64,000 nucleotides of DNA, from sequence record OP557969.1. One strand, given 5' to 3'. The first letter of the stretch is position 1; each line of letters begins with the position of its first letter. Of this stretch, positions 48,289 to 56,223 are shown piece after piece. Below the pieces are notes generated by a model. The model saw only the letters and a list, made by a program, of their open reading frames with translations, searched no databases and was not told where the DNA came from. The position numbers were made by a program, and so were the translations under genes.

Positions 48289-48855
48289 ATGGTCAAATCA
48301 TTACTACCACCACCAAAACGACATAAAATTAAAGAAATGAAAGAACAACGTACATTAAAGATGTACAACAATTTAGTTAATTTACTTTGCAAAAGTCCAT
48401 CACTCAAAGAAATATTCACCACAGATGATGATCGTAATGCACTTATTGAGATGAAGTATATGCTCAGTAAAATGTCCTTTTACAAATTTGTCAAAGAATA
48501 CTCAACTGAACCATTCAGTCCTCGTTGGCGAGTCAAACCAAGAGAGTATTTTTTCGGTGGTTCATATACTGATATCATTCAAGATACGGTGATAGGCGTA
48601 GAGTTCGAGATTGATTATGAGCCTAATGGTGTGGAAAACTGGCAGATTGACAAACATTTACCAAGTGAAGATGAAATTTATGTTTATGCAAGAAAACAGT
48701 CAACTTTCAGTTCAAAAATTGCTCTTAATAATTTAGATTCATTTATTATTTTCTATACATTTGTCGGTGTAGATAAAATGGCAACTAAACTCAATGAATT
48801 ATCATTGCAACAAAAACAGATTAATGCATACAAAGACATTACAGATTTATACTAA
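48289..48855 (+). CDS. Hypothetical protein, tandem family C copy 1
   Basis: KSPSLKEIFTTDDDRNALIEMKYMLSK. Confidence 0.8.
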   Translation: MVKSLLPPPKRHKIKEMKEQRTLKMYNNLVNLLCKSPSLKEIFTTDDDRNALIEMKYMLSKMSFYKFVKEYSTEPFSPRWRVKPREYFFGGSYTDIIQDTVIGVEFEIDYEPNGVENWQIDKHLPSEDEIYVYARKQSTFSSKIALNNLDSFIIFYTFVGVDKMATKLNELSLQQKQINAYKDITDLY

Positions 48856-48861
48856 TGAGGA

Positions 48862-49383
48862 TTGGATATGTTTTTTGGACAGTTTAAAAAACCTGACAGT
48901 ACTTTAATTTGGCATGAAATCATCTTTAAAATTATATCTAAAAGCTACTCACTAAAAGATATTATCAAAACAGATCATGATCGACGTGTTCTGTTAGAAG
49001 CAAAATATAAATTGAGCAAACACCCGTTACTTTCTTTAATCATTGATTACGTTAATGATTATGAATCCAGTCGTTGGAAGTGGGAAGACGGAGGTTTATT
49101 TCGTGGAAAAACATTCTACGGTGCAGAACGATATGTATTCAGTGATACAGCAAATGGTGTTAAGTTTGCTATTAGAAACTTTAACTCCAAAGAAAATGAT
49201 TATCTTGAAAGTGGAGTTAAGGTGTATATAGATAATAATAACAATGTACTTACATATGACGAATCACTAATTATGTTACAAATAATGCGTGGAGTTGAAA
49301 GTGTAAGACACAATCTTACTAAGTTGAAAATCCAGCAAAATGATATACATAATAGACAGAAAATTAAGGGTTTATATAAATGA
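48862..49383 (+). CDS. Hypothetical protein, tandem family C copy 2
   Basis: KSYSLKDIIKTDHDRRVLLEAKYKLSK. Confidence 0.8.
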   Translation: MDMFFGQFKKPDSTLIWHEIIFKIISKSYSLKDIIKTDHDRRVLLEAKYKLSKHPLLSLIIDYVNDYESSRWKWEDGGLFRGKTFYGAERYVFSDTANGVKFAIRNFNSKENDYLESGVKVYIDNNNNVLTYDESLIMLQIMRGVESVRHNLTKLKIQQNDIHNRQKIKGLYK

Positions 49384-49889
49384 TTTCATTTTTCAAAAAG
49401 AAAGAAAAAGTTGATGAAACTGGATTAGAATCGTTTCTATGGACTCTTATCATTAAAAAAAGTCCATTAATGAAAGAATATGCTATCAATGATGCTAATA
49501 GAAAAACTATCATTGAATACAAATACGAATTATCAAAATGTGATCCAATAGTTTATCACTTTGCGAAGTACTGTTCTAAAAATTTATCGGATATCACGAT
49601 TGAACACGAGTCAGTACCAATGAGTTTTCCTTATGGTGATTGGGTAAATACTTTTGATATTTTCGATGGGTCTAATGGATTCCGTTTCTTTTACTCGTCA
49701 AATAAAGCAAATGTTCGTATTAAAACTGAGATAGGTTGGGCACAGCATAGCACAAATAAAGAAGATTATAATTTACTAGCTGACGTATACCGAAGTGTGA
49801 AGAATTCAAAGGATATTGATGAAAGAATTAAAAAGCAAAATCGTATTTCTTTATCACTTGAAACATACAAGTCAAAGTATGGTGGTTAA
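49380..49889 (+). CDS. Hypothetical protein, tandem family C copy 3
   Basis: KSPLMKEYAINDANRKTIIEYKYELSK. Confidence 0.8.
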   Translation: MISFFKKKEKVDETGLESFLWTLIIKKSPLMKEYAINDANRKTIIEYKYELSKCDPIVYHFAKYCSKNLSDITIEHESVPMSFPYGDWVNTFDIFDGSNGFRFFYSSNKANVRIKTEIGWAQHSTNKEDYNLLADVYRSVKNSKDIDERIKKQNRISLSLETYKSKYGG

Positions 49890-49891
49890 CT

Positions 49892-50293
49892 ATGACTACA
49901 GTTGATGATATCTATAGTACTATACGCAATATGAGCACAGATAGAAAAGTATTTGGTGATAAAGAAAAATCTAAGTGTTATGGTATTGATTCTTTTGATA
50001 TAATTTCGTATGAGTACAATACGAATGGAAATAGTTCACTGAATATTGTCTGCCCTCGTGACCCAGAAAATAATTTTATGTATGTTGAAATTAATAATGA
50101 TGGAATGTTTTTTACAAAAGTTTTTAAAGGTGGAATTAATTACGAAACAATTGAATGTATGAATGAAGAAACTTTCTTTCAAGAAGATACAATTATCAAT
50201 TTAGGTTTTAGTTTTGATGATTATAAAACATTAGAACATGACTTTAATCGTTATTATAACGGTTTCTTAAAGGAGTTAACAATTTATCTATGA
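49892..50293 (+). CDS. Hypothetical protein (family B)
   Basis: MNEETFFQEDTIINL. Confidence 0.75.
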   Translation: MTTVDDIYSTIRNMSTDRKVFGDKEKSKCYGIDSFDIISYEYNTNGNSSLNIVCPRDPENNFMYVEINNDGMFFTKVFKGGINYETIECMNEETFFQEDTIINLGFSFDDYKTLEHDFNRYYNGFLKELTIYL

Positions 50294-51522
50294 ATAACCA
50301 ATATGTTGAACAAACAATAGTGAAACACTTGGCTGGGTCACAAGCCTACGGAACCAGTACACCTGAAAGTGATACTGATTATCGTGGTATTTTTCTTGCT
50401 AATAAAGAATTTATTCTTACGCCATTCTATAAGGTTAAAGAAGTAGCTGATAAAAATGAAGAAGATACCAAATTCTATGAGTTAAATCAGTATTTAAAAT
50501 TATACACTGATGCTAACCCTAATATTCTGGAATCACTATGGGTTGAACCAGAACACATTGTAGAAAGTACTGAGATTTATGACTATCTTCGTTCATTTAA
50601 CCAAAAACTTCTTAGTTCCAAGATTGCATTTTCATACACTGGATATGCATATAATCAAATTAAACGTATGACAAATCACCACGGTTGGATGGATAAAGAG
50701 CGTATTGCTGAAAAACGTTTAAATGAGATTTTAGAAGAACACCCAGTCGATGAGGTTCTTGTGTGGATGTATGATTCATTCCCACAATATCTTGTTGACC
50801 GTTTAGATACATCCAAATTACATCCATTTAATGCTAAAAAGATTGATTTTGAAAAATACATGCGTGATACGTCATTGCAGTTAGTTTCGAAAAATCCATT
50901 AAAGCAATATCATTTTGTAAGATTAGTGCATAACTACACTACTGATAAAATTCTAGATCGTGATTTCAATTTATTGAATTTTAACAATGGGTATGAACTA
51001 ATTCATTACGGAGAAAACATTTTTGCGATTATTAAAAATCCAAATGAAAGTACAATCAACGGTGATGGTTCATTGCGACATTTTTCAAAAGAGCGTAGTA
51101 CTGAAGAGTTGAAAACCAAACCAGAACTAATTGTCAAATTTAACGAAAAAGAATATCAGGAAAATAGTGAGAATAGAAAAAGTTATCATAAATGGAAAGA
51201 AAATCGTAATGCCAAACGTGCTATTTTAGAATCACTACACGGCTATGATTGCAAAAGTGCAATGCATACCATTAGACTATTGAATAGTGCAGAAGATGCA
51301 TTACAAAGTGGGATTATTCAAGTTAAACGCCCAGATGCACAGATGTTGATGGATATTCGTAATGGTAAATGGAAGTATGAAGAAGTTTTAGAATATTTCG
51401 ATGATAAAGTAAAATATATCCGTGATGTTCTATATAAGAAATCAGAACTTCCAAAAAAACCAGATATTAAATTAGCATCGAAAATTATCATTGATATCCG
51501 AGAGATGCAATGGTATAAGTAA
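50290..51522 (+). CDS. Pol-beta-like nucleotidyltransferase (RlaP-like)
   Basis: AGSQAYGTSTPESDTDYRGIF, NPNILESLW, GYDCKSAMHTIRLL, LMDIRNG. Confidence 0.85.
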   Translation: MNNQYVEQTIVKHLAGSQAYGTSTPESDTDYRGIFLANKEFILTPFYKVKEVADKNEEDTKFYELNQYLKLYTDANPNILESLWVEPEHIVESTEIYDYLRSFNQKLLSSKIAFSYTGYAYNQIKRMTNHHGWMDKERIAEKRLNEILEEHPVDEVLVWMYDSFPQYLVDRLDTSKLHPFNAKKIDFEKYMRDTSLQLVSKNPLKQYHFVRLVHNYTTDKILDRDFNLLNFNNGYELIHYGENIFAIIKNPNESTINGDGSLRHFSKERSTEELKTKPELIVKFNEKEYQENSENRKSYHKWKENRNAKRAILESLHGYDCKSAMHTIRLLNSAEDALQSGIIQVKRPDAQMLMDIRNGKWKYEEVLEYFDDKVKYIRDVLYKKSELPKKPDIKLASKIIIDIREMQWYK

Positions 51523-51585
51523 TATATGGGTGTAATAGTTATAAAAAATTCCATTACACACCAAATCACTTCAGTGATTTATATC

Positions 51586-51615
51586 TTGACATTGAAAAAA
51601 ATAATTATGTATAGT
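51586..51615 (+). promoter_or_regulatory. Sigma70-like promoter
   Basis: TTGACA-18 nt-TATAGT. Confidence 0.5.
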
Positions 51616-51616
51616 T

Positions 51617-51646
51617 AGAGAACTTCATATGGAGTTCTCTTTTTTT
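51617..51646 (+). terminator. Terminator-like hairpin overlapping the expected start site
   Basis: AGAGAACTTC/GGAGTTCTCT plus TTTTTT. Confidence 0.7.
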
Positions 51647-51660
51647 ATAAGGGTGATTAA

Positions 51661-52062
51661 ATGTTAAATGAACGTATTAAAAATGCACTATATGTATTGA
51701 ACCAAGAAGTTAATTCTATTAATAAAAGTACTGAGCGATATAAAGTATTACATGAAATTAGACAAGAATTGGAATCTATTAATAAGGGAAAATGGGTTCT
51801 TGAACGCGAACGAACTATTGTTGAAAAAGCAATTGCAAAATTCATCTCTGAACGTTATGGTAAAATTTCAGAGGAAGATGTACTAATGAACTTACATCTT
51901 TCACAAACGGAAGTGATGGAGAAATTTCATTTTGATTCATTAGACTGGTTGGAAATGATCATGGAATTGGAAGAAGAATTCAATGTAGAAGTAGATTTAT
52001 ATTATGAAAAACAAGAAACCAAACTATATGAACTAGCAGAACATATTAAACTAATGATGTAA
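51661..52062 (+). CDS. Acyl-carrier-protein-like protein with N-terminal extension
   Basis: FDSLDWLEMIMELEEEFNVEV matches ACP DSLD + E-x-x-x-x-LEEEF. Confidence 0.8.
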   Translation: MLNERIKNALYVLNQEVNSINKSTERYKVLHEIRQELESINKGKWVLERERTIVEKAIAKFISERYGKISEEDVLMNLHLSQTEVMEKFHFDSLDWLEMIMELEEEFNVEVDLYYEKQETKLYELAEHIKLMM

Positions 52063-52080
52063 ACATATACCATTATATAC

Positions 52081-52088
52081 TCTAAATA
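52081..52088 (+). promoter_or_regulatory. Probable late promoter (TCTAAATA)
   Basis: One mismatch to TATAAATA; upstream of spanins. Confidence 0.45.
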
Positions 52089-52115
52089 ATATCATCAACT
52101 ACAGGAGATGATATT

Positions 52116-52490
52116 ATGAGTGTACTAGAAATTATTGTTTCAAAAATTTTAATTCCATATTGGAAGCCGATTTCTTTTGCGTTATTACTCGGTGGTGCGG
52201 CATTATCAGGTTGGAAAGCTAATACTTATTATACTGGTTATCAGCAAAGTATCGAGCAACAAATAGCCAAACAGGTTGATGTCGCACTTGATAAAATGCA
52301 ACAGGAAAATGCAAAAAATTACATTGAAACAAAAAAAATCATGGAAGATAATGCTAAAGTTATTGAAACGAAAGTTCCTTATATAGTAGAACGCAAAGTT
52401 TATAAGAATGTGTGTTTAGATGAAGATGGCGTGAAAATTCTAAATGATCTAAAACAAAATTCACAAGCAATGAGGAATAAGTTAAAATGA
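52116..52490 (+). CDS. Inner-membrane spanin (Rz-like)
   Basis: N-terminal TM, coiled-coil periplasmic part, VYKNVCLDEDGVKILN. Confidence 0.8.
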   Translation: MSVLEIIVSKILIPYWKPISFALLLGGAALSGWKANTYYTGYQQSIEQQIAKQVDVALDKMQQENAKNYIETKKIMEDNAKVIETKVPYIVERKVYKNVCLDEDGVKILNDLKQNSQAMRNKLK

Positions 52491-52795
52491 AAAAAATATT
52501 AGTCCCAATGATTTCTTTTTTAATTATAAGTGGTTGTGCTGAACAAGCAAAACTACAATCACCTGCACCTATTAAACAAGAAATTCTATTAGAAAGATGT
52601 GATGATGATACACCTCTGCCACAAAAAATCATGATTGACAATAATGGTTTTAAAGGTTATGATGGTGCAGAAATTCTTAAAGTACTTACTCGTTGGGATG
52701 CAATCTATAATGAGTGTGCTTTAAAACATGATGCCTTGATTAAAACTATTCGCGATTTACAAGGCAAAGATATTAAAATTAATATCAAGGAATAA
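52487..52795 (+). CDS. Outer-membrane spanin lipoprotein (Rz1-like)
   Basis: Lipobox IISGC, Pro-rich, YNECALKHDAL; ATGA overlap with i-spanin. Confidence 0.8.
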   Translation: MKKILVPMISFLIISGCAEQAKLQSPAPIKQEILLERCDDDTPLPQKIMIDNNGFKGYDGAEILKVLTRWDAIYNECALKHDALIKTIRDLQGKDIKINIKE

Positions 52796-52796
52796 A

Positions 52797-53414
52797 ATGA
52801 ACAAATATCATGTTTACTATAAGACTAATTTATCACTACTGGAAAAATTAAACCATAAAAGTACTAAGATTAAACACTACACATTAAATGGAATTACTTT
52901 TAAGTATTTTCCACAAAAAGTTCTTACATTTATTAAGAATCCAAAATGCATAGCATGTGGTATTGAAGCAACAGAAGTACGTATTGAACGTACATTTAGT
53001 TCTGACCCAATTTTCGGTAAACCACATTTAAATCTATATGCAGTATGTGGTCTTTATGAAGTTTTAATGACAGTTGACCATAATAATCTAGCATCAAAAG
53101 GTGGTCCAGATTTAGAGTCGAACTTTAATACTATGTGCTCCAGATGCAATCAACTACGTTCAAATAAAACTGAATCAGTTGATGAGTTTCTTGTGAAAGT
53201 TAAAGGTCGTAATCTTCTACAAGAACATATGAATAATTTCTTTAATGTGCAAAATGGACAAAAGAAAAATAGTATTGATAAATCAAAACTACTAGAAGAA
53301 CGTAGATTACAACAAGAATTATGGGAAACTGATCATTTATGGCATGTTCGAGAATTTGGTCGCCATATGAAAGCGTTAAAAAAAGAACAAAAGAAATTGA
53401 ACAATCACAATTAA
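52797..53414 (+). CDS. HNH endonuclease-domain protein
   Basis: CIACG ... TVDH...SKGG...NFNTMCSRCNQLRS. Confidence 0.85.
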   Translation: MNKYHVYYKTNLSLLEKLNHKSTKIKHYTLNGITFKYFPQKVLTFIKNPKCIACGIEATEVRIERTFSSDPIFGKPHLNLYAVCGLYEVLMTVDHNNLASKGGPDLESNFNTMCSRCNQLRSNKTESVDEFLVKVKGRNLLQEHMNNFFNVQNGQKKNSIDKSKLLEERRLQQELWETDHLWHVREFGRHMKALKKEQKKLNNHN

Positions 53415-53424
53415 TATGCTATGA

Positions 53425-53456
53425 TAGGGACTTGAGAAATCGAGTCCCTATTTTTT
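53425..53456 (+). terminator. Intrinsic terminator overlapping a probable -10 (TATGAT 53420-53425)
   Basis: TAGGGACTTGA-GAAA-TCGAGTCCCTA plus TTTTTT. Confidence 0.85.
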
Positions 53457-53467
53457 GGAGAAAATAA

Positions 53468-53824
53468 ATGAAATCGAAAATCTTTTTACCACAATTAATG
53501 TGGCATCTGGCAGAGTTAGATGAAGATGATGAATACACTGACTATGGTACATGGGATGACAGTACTGAAACTTTCAAACCAGATATGAAATACAAAATCA
53601 TTTGCAACGAAAGTAAAGGGCACAGAAGGTGGACTGAAGAATTTGATCTCGTATTTCTTGACATGAGTACAAACAAGTTTTATCATTGTACATATGAACG
53701 AGGTTTAACAGAAGACAGACCAGTACAACCATTCAGTAATGAAACTGATGGTGTTAAGTGCAATGAAGTTTCTGTTATAAGAGAAGAAATTATCACTTAT
53801 CGAACTTTGTGGAAATATTTGTAA
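53468..53824 (+). CDS. Hypothetical protein
   Basis: ORF track; SD GGAG; HRRW...YERGLTE. Confidence 0.8.
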   Translation: MKSKIFLPQLMWHLAELDEDDEYTDYGTWDDSTETFKPDMKYKIICNESKGHRRWTEEFDLVFLDMSTNKFYHCTYERGLTEDRPVQPFSNETDGVKCNEVSVIREEIITYRTLWKYL

Positions 53825-53825
53825 A

Positions 53826-54224
53826 ATGCTTAAAGAATTAGATTTTTCAAACTTAGAAATTATCAGTGCTGTTAAAAACATCTCCGACATGGGAGATGAG
53901 AAATCAGTGCTTGTTACTATTACTTTTGTAAAAGAAGAAGATAGTTATAGTCATTTGACTGGTATTGAAGAACTAATTCATAAAACCAATCTTGAAAATA
54001 ATGGTAAACTCATCAAACTTCAGGCATCCTATATCCAAAAAACATCAAATTTTATAGACATAAATAATATAGTCAAGGTGGTATATAATCATCCTGACCA
54101 CAAATATAGGAATACATCAAGAAATGAAAATATTGCGAAAGATACTAACATCATAGAAGATGTTGACTTTATCAATACTATTTTTGATCGTTGCTCTATT
54201 GATTTGAAAAAAGTATACATGTAA
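53826..54224 (+). CDS. Hypothetical protein
   Basis: ORF track. Confidence 0.75.
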   Translation: MLKELDFSNLEIISAVKNISDMGDEKSVLVTITFVKEEDSYSHLTGIEELIHKTNLENNGKLIKLQASYIQKTSNFIDINNIVKVVYNHPDHKYRNTSRNENIAKDTNIIEDVDFINTIFDRCSIDLKKVYM

Positions 54225-54225
54225 T

Positions 54226-54253
54226 GGGACAATAATTGAACCTGTGATATAAT
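54226..54253 (+). promoter_or_regulatory. Early-type promoter with no long downstream ORF
   Basis: GGGACA-16 nt-TATAAT with TGTGA; same pattern as 6827 and 22240. Confidence 0.7.
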
Positions 54254-54546
54254 GTATATTGTAAAATGACAACGGACATTGTAAAAAATGGACACTGAAA
54301 ACCTAATTCACTTGAAAATGTAAAGGATAGATGAGCTTTACCGTTGTAGCGAACAGCAGAAGAAACCCGTTAGAGTACTGGCATTCAAACAAACACGATG
54401 TAAGACCACGAATCACGGCGACACGGCTGTATAAAGAACTCCGATAAGCATACAGAGAGTTCCTAGATAGATGTATAAGGTTCGCACCTTACCAGATTTG
54501 CTAAGGGAGTTTAAGAATGGCGAACGCAATTTTTACAAGAAAGTTG

Positions 54547-54716
54547 CGTCCAAAATTTGAGAACAAGTACTACTTTGATCGAATAGAGTTAGTACTGAGT
54601 GCTGTTGATGAAAAGACCAGCGACCGTTGCATATGACTGCGATAGAGAGAAACCGAGCAACCCGCTTTCGCTCTCTAAATCTTTGGTACGAGAAAGATCC
54701 GTCCAAAATTTGAGAA
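54547..54716 (+). repeat. Direct repeat CGTCCAAAATTTGAGAA x2 (54547-54563, 54700-54716)
   Basis: Exact 17-mer duplication 153 nt apart, extending imperfectly about 20 nt 5'. Confidence 0.9.
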
Positions 54717-54755
54717 ATTCGCAATTCGATAATATCCGATGCCATCAGCGTCAAG

Positions 54756-54779
54756 AAGAGACTTAATTGTCTCTTTTTT
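54756..54779 (+). terminator. Intrinsic terminator
   Basis: AAGAGAC/GTCTCTT plus TTTT. Confidence 0.75.
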
Positions 54780-54784
54780 ATTAC

Positions 54785-54918
54785 TTTCATTCCCCTGTGG
54801 GGGATGAAATAGTCCTCAACAAATCCCGTCAAGTTATTAAAATACATTATCATTATTCAGAAGTAACAAGTTTACGAAGTAAACGAAGTGACTTCTTGGG
54901 TTGCGAGAGAACGAAGTG
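54785..54918. other. Cluster of DNA hairpins and ACGAAGT repeats (origin-like)
   Basis: TTTCATTCCCC/GGGGGATGAAA; nested AGAAGTAAC..GTTTAC-GAA-GTAAAC..GTGACTTCT; ACGAAGT at 54874, 54883, 54911. Confidence 0.5.
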
Positions 54919-54919
54919 A

Positions 54920-55348
54920 ATGAGTAACACAACGAAAATATATAATAAATCTGAATTAACACAATTGTTATTCAAAGAATATTTTGAGTTTCAGATAAAA
55001 GACGAACATCAATTACCACAACAATACTTGAAAAGAATTAAAGATACGTCAGTAATTACTAAAGAAACTAATTTTTATAATAGTATTTTGGATTTCGTTA
55101 AATCAGTTCATACGACAAGACCTATTGTAGTTTTGTTTTTTGATAAATCTATCCCTTTAGTAGTTCCCGAAAATGTATTTTTTATCTCAGAAACTGATTT
55201 AAATAACCAAAGTACTATAAGTAGATTAAGAAATTGCTTACTTGTAGTATGTGATTCTTATTTGTATAATAACAGAATACTATGGGATAGAAGCAAACGC
55301 AATGCAATTTCGGAAATGAACCCTGAACTTACATTTATTATTAACTAA
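54920..55348 (+). CDS. Hypothetical protein
   Basis: ORF track. Confidence 0.7.
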   Translation: MSNTTKIYNKSELTQLLFKEYFEFQIKDEHQLPQQYLKRIKDTSVITKETNFYNSILDFVKSVHTTRPIVVLFFDKSIPLVVPENVFFISETDLNNQSTISRLRNCLLVVCDSYLYNNRILWDRSKRNAISEMNPELTFIIN

Positions 55349-55354
55349 ATACCA

Positions 55355-55362
55355 TATAAATA
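55355..55362 (+). promoter_or_regulatory. T4-type late promoter TATAAATA
   Basis: Exact match 18 nt before the ATG; SD AAGGAG in between. Confidence 0.7.
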
Positions 55363-55380
55363 ACTCTAAGGAGAGATTTT

Positions 55381-55821
55381 ATGGAAAATATTGAAAATTT
55401 GAGACATGTTATGGATTTTATCATTGATACTGAAGAAGATAGTGCTTATGATGAAATCCTACTAACTTTTATTGAAAATAGTTTGTTTTTAAGTTCTGCT
55501 GCACATAACTGGCATTTACAAAGCCGATTCTATACTAAGCATCTTCAACTGGATGAACTATACAAAGAGTTACCTGAGTATGTTGATGCATTTGTAGAGG
55601 GTATTATGAACACACGCGGTGCATTACAGGTAGGAACTGGTAACAGTTATCGTTTTACCCCTATCGAAGATTGTGTACCAATTCTTGAAGAATATGCGAG
55701 TCAATGTAAAGCCATTCATGCTATGCTTGAGGAAGCTGAAGACTATGGCAGTACTAACACATTAGAAGATATTATTAGTTTTGTAGACGGTGTGCTTTAC
55801 AAACTTAAAGTTTTACAATAA
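55381..55821 (+). CDS. Ferritin/Dps-like protein (DUF5856-type)
   Basis: AAHNWHLQSRFYTKHLQLDELYKELPEYVDAFVEG ... LEDII...LYKLKVL. Confidence 0.75.
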   Translation: MENIENLRHVMDFIIDTEEDSAYDEILLTFIENSLFLSSAAHNWHLQSRFYTKHLQLDELYKELPEYVDAFVEGIMNTRGALQVGTGNSYRFTPIEDCVPILEEYASQCKAIHAMLEEAEDYGSTNTLEDIISFVDGVLYKLKVLQ

Positions 55822-55826
55822 AATAT

Positions 55827-55858
55827 ATGGAGAGTCATTATGACTCTCCATTTCTTTT
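55827..55858 (+). terminator. Intrinsic terminator
   Basis: ATGGAGAGTCA/TGACTCTCCAT plus TTCTTTT. Confidence 0.85.
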
Positions 55859-55869
55859 GGAGGATATAT

Positions 55870-56223
55870 ATGAGTGATTACCGAGTAACATCTGGACTAA
55901 TGGCCCGACTTATTGAAGCAGTTCCTAAAGAGGATTATGAAGCTATTTCAGATCGTCTTTTTGACGCAGATTCTAAACTCCATATTACATATGATGGTAC
56001 ATTAATTTACAGTACTGATATTGATATTCCTAGCTATGAATTTGAGATTTCTTTTGGTAGCAAACTAAGTACTGAAGAATTCGCTCGAAAATGTGAGCGT
56101 GAAGGGCTGTGTATTGATATCAGTTCAGTTCAGCCATACACGTCACTGTGGTATGATGGTGCTGATAGTCCAATGTCTACTACAACTTTACAGGATTTTC
56201 TAAATGCAAATAAAAAAGATTAA
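55870..56223 (+). CDS. Hypothetical protein
   Basis: ORF track 55840-56223; ATG 55870 after GGAGGA. Confidence 0.8.
   Translation: MSDYRVTSGLMARLIEAVPKEDYEAISDRLFDADSKLHITYDGTLIYSTDIDIPSYEFEISFGSKLSTEEFARKCEREGLCIDISSVQPYTSLWYDGADSPMSTTTLQDFLNANKKD

Larger units (their letters stand above)
54260..54779 (+). ncRNA. Candidate large (~520 nt) structured RNA
   Basis: Bounded by promoter and terminator; no + strand ORF of 60 aa or more; GC 38-48% in the 60-nt lines I counted; many complementary segments; internal 17-nt direct repeat. Confidence 0.6.

Noticed and set aside
52797-53414. HNH gene as a mobile homing element
   Set aside because: No interrupted host gene, flanking duplication or intron context; kept as an ordinary CDS.
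54476-54494. TAAGG-TTCGCA-CCTTA-CCA resembling a T-arm plus CCA (tRNA or permuted tmRNA)
   Set aside because: Loop is 6 nt, no 7-bp acceptor strand between T-stem and CCA, no G3-U70 alanine identity, no D or anticodon arm found.
54547-54716. 17-nt direct repeat as a CRISPR-like or guide-RNA array
   Set aside because: Only two copies, 153 nt apart, and no cas or Nop-domain gene in the window.
54533-54853. 106-aa minus-strand ORF across the candidate RNA
   Set aside because: No SD or promoter seen on that strand, no motif, atypical composition; promoter and terminator both point to + strand transcription.
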